A stretch of DNA of 64,000 bases from Mantamonas sphyraenae STR306. Its lineage: Eukaryota > Protista > CRuMs. The stretch is taken from positions 62,001 through 126,000 of the forward strand of contig JAPMXV010000076.1 of the NCBI GenBank assembly GCA_026936335.1. Direction: 5' to 3'. The position numbers and the translations under genes are program-made. Below are positions 57,341 through 64,000 of the stretch, one piece after another. Each line of letters starts with the position of its first letter. Positions within the stretch are counted from its first letter, which is position 1. The notes under the pieces were generated by a model. The model was not told the origin of the DNA. It saw only the letters and a program-made list of their open reading frames with translations, and did no database searches.

Positions 57341-58522
57341 GATTGAACTTGTGTACCAATCCCTCCACCTGGTAACGTCCCCACTCGTGTCCTGCGCCAG
57401 TTCTGCGACGCGCTCTATTTTGGAGCGGATCTCCCGGTCCCAGCGGGCGCCGCTGCGGCTCAAATCCACCACTTTCTCCTTACCCCACCCCAAACCATTG
57501 AACAGAGCGTACAGATCTTCCTCGGAGCGGTGACTCTTCCTCCACGCAGCCACGGCCGACTGCTCCCCGTCCCCAACCGCCTGCTTCGTTCCCAGTCGCA
57601 GTGCAGCGAGCTCTCTGCGACCCAAATTGAACCTCTTCCACCTCTCCTCCAAATCCTCTGGTGGTTTACCCAGGTGGGTGTCCACCACGGTGTCCACAAG
57701 CTCGGCAAAATGCTTGAACTCTGCCCGTTGCCTGTCTTCCTCGGTCACCCTTTGTCGTTTCAACGCCTGCACCGCTTTGCTATTCATGGCCTCCGGTTCT
57801 TGTTGTTCCACTCCGTGTGCACTGTTGATATTGGACCCGTTGTCCGCCACGTCATCCCACACACGCTTCCGTGCGTGCCTGACTCGCTGTGCTTGCTTCA
57901 CGTCGGGGGCAAAGGTCACCGATTCGCAGGCAAACAGTCGCTCCACCGCCGCAGCGATGCCCATGCCATCATCCCTGATGTACTCTTCGTAGGTTGCAAT
58001 CACGTGATCCTTCATGACGAGCATGCTATCCCGGGCAGTGCGGGCCAGCGCTGGTACATCCCGTTTCTCCCCGAAGAACATGGAGTATGCAGTCCCTACG
58101 GAGTACTTGAACGACTGGACGAGCAGCCCCCACCAGGGAGGACTGCTATCGGCGTTCATCTTGTTGATGTGGTCGATTGCACTCTCTGCAAACGCCTCTG
58201 CTTTTTCTGAAGCACAGCCCAGCGAATCCTTGAACCCCTCGCAAAGATCTCTTTGCCCCAGCGCCCACGCTGTGGTGGTAACATTGTCTGGACGGTTGCC
58301 ATATCCAGTGAGAAACACGCCACGGAGCCCAAGGTAGTACCGCTGAGCCTCAGAGTATCCACAGCGCTGGCGGTAGACGGCAGCAAAGGGGCACGCATCT
58401 GGGACGGTGGAGGAGGCCAACGGAGGGGGGTCCTGCGGCTCGACGTCCTCATCCAGACGCGGGTCGATGTCATTGGGGGAGGTGGTGGTTGTTGTGTTGG
58501 GTGTGGAGGGGTCTTCGTCCAT
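57302..58522 (-). CDS. Hypothetical protein (~406 aa); 3' end overlaps the glycosylase-like gene by 39 bp
   Basis: Long ORF with helical, protein-like composition from MDEDPSTP; no family recognised. Confidence 0.6.
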   Translation of the reverse strand: MDEDPSTPNTTTTTSPNDIDPRLDEDVEPQDPPPLASSTVPDACPFAAVYRQRCGYSEAQRYYLGLRGVFLTGYGNRPDNVTTTAWALGQRDLCEGFKDSLGCASEKAEAFAESAIDHINKMNADSSPPWWGLLVQSFKYSVGTAYSMFFGEKRDVPALARTARDSMLVMKDHVIATYEEYIRDDGMGIAAAVERLFACESVTFAPDVKQAQRVRHARKRVWDDVADNGSNINSAHGVEQQEPEAMNSKAVQALKRQRVTEEDRQRAEFKHFAELVDTVVDTHLGKPPEDLEERWKRFNLGRRELAALRLGTKQAVGDGEQSAVAAWRKSHRSEEDLYALFNGLGWGKEKVVDLSRSGARWDREIRSKIERVAELAQDTSGDVTRWRDWYTSSISTLRRIMLERVS

Positions 58523-61500
58523 TGGGGAAGGGTTTAGGGGGCGGGCGCAGGTGTGGTGACGCAAAAGTCCCGGTTTCACATAAGGTCGCCGGGCGCTGGT
58601 TCCTGAAACCGTCTGTGTCACGGGGCTCTGGGCGGCTTCACAGGCATCCATTCCTGAGTAGAATGTCGATATAACCCTAACCCCAACTGTAGCTTCCACA
58701 TGGTACGTGTGTCAACATCCCTAACCCATACATCATTGCCCAGCAGGCGCTCGACGACTCAAGGCAAACGCGCGAGGACACAACAGCCATCCACGATGCT
58801 GTGGGCATACAATGGTCGACGAGACCGCCTTGTTCATTGACCCTGTGTGTGAAGCTGCACACCAACATCCTCTTCAACTGCGCTACACTCCTCCACAGGC
58901 CCTGTTGTCTCGCAAGTGGCGAGGCCCCGAGCGCTGGTTGCTTCTTGCTTGCCCCGCAGGGCCGCTCCACACTGCCGTATGCCACAAACGCCCTCTGAGG
59001 CCCTTTCCTGCACATTGGATGAGCAAACCTTGCGCTCCATGGCCACCCACAGATGAGTTTCCGGCGTGTGGGGGGCCGGGAAGGCTGGGGCGACAAATAC
59101 CCGTTCTGGTCGCGTAACCAACGTTGTCTCTTGGGCGTCCCCAGTCGCTATCATTGCCACTGCTGCCCTTTGTACCCATCTGCTGGCCATTGTGTCCCCA
59201 CCACTTCAACCCTGAGCCTTTTTGGGCCACCTTTCGCGGGTGGGAACGACGCGCTCCCGGATCACCGCATCCCCCGCAACGGCGAACCGTCTCCCTACTC
59301 GCAGGCACCCCTGCGATCCACTGCTTCGTCGACACATGCTCTCTGCATCCTCTACACTCTACCCGTACTGGACACTGCTCTCTCACATGCTCCCCTGTCC
59401 CCCCAAGTGCGCGTTTGTGCTCGGCGCTTCCCGCTCCTGCTCTGGGTTCCCTCTGCTCCTCCGACTTTCCAATCCCACATGTGGCTGGCTGACCAACACA
59501 CCCCCCAGCACACACACACAGCACACCCTTCTCCGTGCATGCATCTGCATCTGGTACGCACTTGTCGACCTGCGCAACCCAAACACGCCTTCCTCACGCC
59601 CCTGCGAGTGGTTGTGTTTTTTTGGTGCCAAACCACGTCCTTTTCGCGCGCTTTCTTCCTTCCTTAAGTGTGCATGCACGCCCACGCCCCCCACTATTGC
59701 GTATTCCCACCCGGGTGCGGTGGTCCTACGGCCAGCACGCACAGAGCGCCTTTCACCACACAAGACACACCCGCAAACACAGCCCCGCGCACACCTCTTT
59801 GCATGCGTGCACGTCAGCCTCCCGTCCGTTCTATGTCCCACAGACCTCCCTTGCCGTGTTAACGGGCGCCAGACTTTGCGGGCGTCCAGCTGCTTGTGTT
59901 ACACGCACCCGCAATACACCCACACTCCCCCCGTGTCTGTTGCTATTCCTCCATCCGTGTTGTCGTCTCACCCATGCCCATACACTGTGTACGTGTTTCG
60001 TGTTCCGAAGGTTGATTGCCATGGTGTGAGACGCAGGGCAGGCGCGAGGGTCAACCCAACCCTCCAACCCGGCCTGAAGTCCAAGTACATCCACTCAGAG
60101 ACCCCCTCACGCCACATCCAACACGTCCATTACACTCTACATGGACTTCCAATCCATTTGCATGTGTCTGTTGGCCAGTTTTGTGCCACACAGGCTGGTC
60201 ACCGGCGTCCTTCCCACCTTTTGCCCCGCAGGGCCGCTCAGCGCTTTCGATGCCACACACGCCCTCAAAGACACCCTTTCCTGTACGTGGTATGTCCTTT
60301 CCATGCGGCGTATGACCGTGTTAGCCGCCGCCAGGGCCCACCCTCAGCACATATGCCTCCCAATATTCTCCTCCCACTCACTCTGTTTGCTCTGCCCACC
60401 CACAATCATCTCAGGCGCCCCTACCCCTCGTCTATGCCTCGTCCACACCAACGCACACCGATCCCCTTTGTGCCGTTGCCCTCACATCGACGTGGTCACG
60501 CGCAGAGAGCGACCACGCACATATCCGCCGCCTCTCAGCCGCGTCTCTCCCCTCTCCCCACCCCCTTAGGCATCCCCACGACTCCTGGCCGCGTCCACGC
60601 ATGCTCTACATGTTCTACCCTCCATCCGTACCGGTCATCATCCTCAAGCATGCTCTCTTTGCCCTGGCGAGCCCTCGCCGTACCCGCTGCTCCACTTTCG
60701 CGCCAAAACTCGCGTCACGCGCGCCTCTGCTCACCCTCCCTGATGCCCGTGACCATTCCCTGCCCATCCAACACACTCATCCACCACCACATCATCACCC
60801 CGTGCGTCGCACATGCCCCTTCACCCGACTTCCCGCTCGCCAACACCCAACACACCCCTCCCAAACACGCTGCGTCCCACCTTTCCTCGCCTTTTTTTGG
60901 CGCCAAAATCATGTCTCCACCGCCCCTTTTTTGTGTGCATGGACCTCCGCCTTCTCCGCCTTCTCCCTTCCCCGTGTGTGCTCCAGGTGTTACCCCAGGT
61001 GTTGCGACGCCCCTGCACCCCACCACACACACACATGCCGCTTGAAACCCCGCGCATGTGCCTCTTTGTGTGACCTCTCCGCGTTGAGCTGTGGCCACGC
61101 TGCGCCCATGCCTGTGTGCCAGCCACAAGGCGTCAAGAAGCGCACTGGCGGCCGTCCTTTGCGCCAACTCGCTCCCGGGTTCCAACGGTCCATCGTGGCA
61201 AAAGGGTGCACGGGGGTAGCAAACGCGGTGGCGACCACTGCGTCAATGCGTGGGCAGGGCCACACAGGACGGCAAAGAGCCGGGCCCAGCTCTCCACAAC
61301 GAGGCTGGCACACATATGGCTGGATTGCCCTTTGCACGCTGCTGTTCGTATGCCAGTGGCACTGTGTGTCGTTGCACAGTTTCAATGTATCCGATTCTCC
61401 ATCCTTTCTTCCTTCCAGGTCGACTCTGCCGCGACAACACCCGCGTCCCCGCCCCACCCACGCAAACGCAAACACAGACCATCCCCACGCCATCGGCGTC

Positions 61501-62668
61501 CCCACACACTCCCATGCACAGCCACAACCTGTGCATGCCATCATGACCCTGCACACCCCGCAACCACCTCACTCCTGTTGTCTCAGCAACAATTTCCTCT
61601 TTGGCCCCCGCGGGCCTCCTGGGAGCAAAATTCCCCCAAAAAACCCTTTCGCAGGGCTATTTTCGCTATTGGCAACCAATCAATGGTCAACGCTACCACA
61701 ACACAGCCACAAAACTTACCCAGCACCCACACCACCTCACCCAGCGCCCGTTCCTCAACATTCCCGACCTCTCTCTCGCGTGGCCCTCTCTCTGCCCCTT
61801 GCCCATGAGCCACCCATTCGACCCTGTCTAAGCACCGCCAGCCCCATTCTCACTCGTCTGCCGCCCTTCTCCCGCCTCCGCCTGAACACCCAACCAACTT
61901 TTCCCCATGCCCCACCCTCCCGCCCCTGCTCCACTGTCTCTTTGTTATCCATGGCATATGTCTCGTCCGCGCACCCACACACGTGATGCTGGTGCCCATA
62001 CCATCGTACGATCGTACAGCGCCCGCCACCACTCCCCCCCCCCCACACTCCCTACCACACTGCTTCTCTGCACAACCCCAACCACGCACCCATATGACCA
62101 CTGTGGCCCCGTTCTGTATCGTTACTGCATGCATTGAGCCCCTCCTGGCCCCCCTGCACGCACTCTGACCCCGACGACCCCCCTCGTCCGCCCTTCTGCC
62201 CAGCACAGCACCCTTTCCCCCCTCACCGTCCATACCACACATCCATCCACATTACAATACACCTACTCAACGCCCTTTCCACCCTTCCTCTGTGTCCTTC
62301 CCTGCACACGCGGAGCTCGGCAACCGACCTTCCCGTGTCTCTCCCCCCACACACCGCAATCATCATCAGCGTCCTCTACAACTCCCCCCACACATTTTCC
62401 AATACAGCTAAACACCCCTCCTCCATTATCATGACCCAACATCACCTTACTGGCGAGATCCAGTGTGATCAAATTTCGGTCCCCATCCTGCCCAACATCC
62501 AACCAAACTCCGCAACCACACACGCGAACTAGCCGTTAGGTTACCGTTATCCATTTTACCGCCATATCTTATCCAAACGGCTTGACAGGTAGCCGTTACA
62601 CCGCCGGGACGGGTTCAAATAGAAACGTTGCCGTCGCGCCGCCGGATCCAACACAACCCCAAACACCC

Positions 62669-64000
62669 ATGTCAAACCCCCGTCGCCGGAGCAGACACGT
62701 GTATGAGGAGGATGATTACTTCATGGACAACAGCATGGACAGCATGGACAGCATGGACAGCATGGACAGCTTGGAAGAGGACGCTCCGCCGTCTGCCCGC
62801 CAGCGTGTTGCGGACGGTGACGGCCACCATGACCTGTCCGCAGAGACGTCGTCTTTCATGGCCTCTTTAACGCGCAACACGGATCCAGATCCAACCCCGG
62901 ACGATTCCTCTGAGTATGAAGCAACGCAGTTGGTCTCCACGCAAGACCGTCTGAGGATGTGTCATCTCAGCCTTTTCGACTCCCCCACCACACGTTAGTG
63001 CTTACTGCAACGGGTTTTCCACCAGCTCCAGGGCTCTACTCACACTCACAACACACGCACACACACGCACGCCAGTGGCCAACCTCAGCCCCGCCAAGGC
63101 TGATGAGCACCTTGCGAGCGTTCTGCCACTCAATGCAGACGCAGCAGAGGCGTCGGCGACATGTCTTTCAAAGCGTGTCCCTGCCCCCATCACCTCCTTG
63201 GACACGTCTGGCCTCGTTGGGGGGGATGACGTGCATGCGCTCGTTGCCCAGTCGATCGGCCGCCTGCCATGGCTTCACTTGGTAGATGTGCTTGGTGCCT
63301 ACATGCACATTCGCCTTGTGCATGCGCCTACGCACAACCGGTCGATTCAGATTCGGCGAGGAGACCATGTGGTGCTCTCCGTCTCACCCGCGGACATGTA
63401 CCGTGCCGAGCTGCGCTGGGCAAAGGCGATGGACGACACGACTTTCTTCAAACGCTACCTGGACGAGCTGTGGACAGCCAAGATTTGCGTGCAGTACGTG
63501 GTGGGCAGCGATGCCCGGGACGTGTTTGTCGACGCACTTGTCACCCACAGTCCACACTCCATCGCCATGGCCCACCTGCTCGTCACCCAGTGGTCCCGAG
63601 AGCAAGCACTTGTGTCTGCACAAGAGCACGCTGGTGAGACATCCAACTCGCGCCGTGCTCTGGCTCTCTCGGTCTGCGTGTTTTCGATGCTGTTTGGTGA
63701 CCACGACGCGGACCACGTCTACGACCCATACTACCTCCACTCGGACTCCCAATACCCGCTCCTGCAACCCTTTATGTGTGTGCCGCCCGACGCCACCCTG
63801 GCCCACGATGCCACCAACCTTGTGTGGCCCACCTCCTGGCCCACGATGCCGGGATCAGCCTCAGACCTGAACGCCGCCCACTTCTTCGCCTCGAATGCCT
63901 TTAAGCACATCGACCAGTGGCTGGCGAACGCCAAGGACAATGCCATGCTCTTCCTCTACCCCATCCGTGGCATCCGGGCCAGATCTCGCGCCCCAGTCCC
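62669..64000 (+). CDS. Hypothetical protein, runs off the window end; exons 62669-62993 and 63076->64000
   Basis: MSNPRRRSRHVYEEDDYF... A phase-1 intron 62994-63075 (GTTAGT..CTCAC..CCAG) joins a frame (ANLSPAKADEHLASVL...) that stays open to 64000. Confidence 0.65.

Noticed and set aside
58670-58730. Telomere-like TAACCC motifs
   Set aside because: Only 1-2 adjacent units, compatible with chance; not an interstitial telomeric array.
58800-62500. Long Pro/His/Thr-rich ORFs (607, 461 aa and others); similar ORFs at 23801-25105 and 38788-39807
   Set aside because: Composition mirrors C/A-rich intergenic sequence with no domain signal; likely non-coding.

Overview
Eukaryotic genomic DNA, most likely a protist. 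It is GC-rich and microsatellite-rich, with short spliceosomal introns (about 59-100 nt; GTRAGT/GTATGT donors, CTRAC-like branch points, YAG acceptors). The window is a repeat-rich accessory cluster of innate-immunity and ubiquitin-type genes: two paralogous LRR-ankyrin genes (one ends in an F-box-like motif, one has a U-box), a CCCH-zinc-finger/ubiquitin-like/RBR E3 ligase, a SAM-CHAT-NB-ARC-TPR NLR-like gene and two BTB-BACK-SPRY-like paralogs. It also holds a DUF3825/RGG protein, a 48-aa-repeat protein, a small His-Me-finger-like protein and a phage/giant-virus-type pyrimidine-dimer glycosylase homolog. Several of these genes are bracketed by three families (A, B, C) of dispersed direct repeats. 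The standout is the 100/101-nt 'satellite' at 41742-44359 inside the first BTB gene. Every unit is a complete spliceosomal intron (GTAAGT...ACTGAC...CAG) followed by a variable exon of exactly 3 nt, giving 26 tandem introns and 25 one-codon microexons, all phase 1. Splicing joins the BTB-BACK exon in frame to a SPRY-like last exon and writes the peptide KRKRRGKQRKLARKLALALAQQRRGA; no skipping combination can create a stop or frameshift. Domain names come from motifs recognised by eye, not from database searches, and all splice models are predictions.
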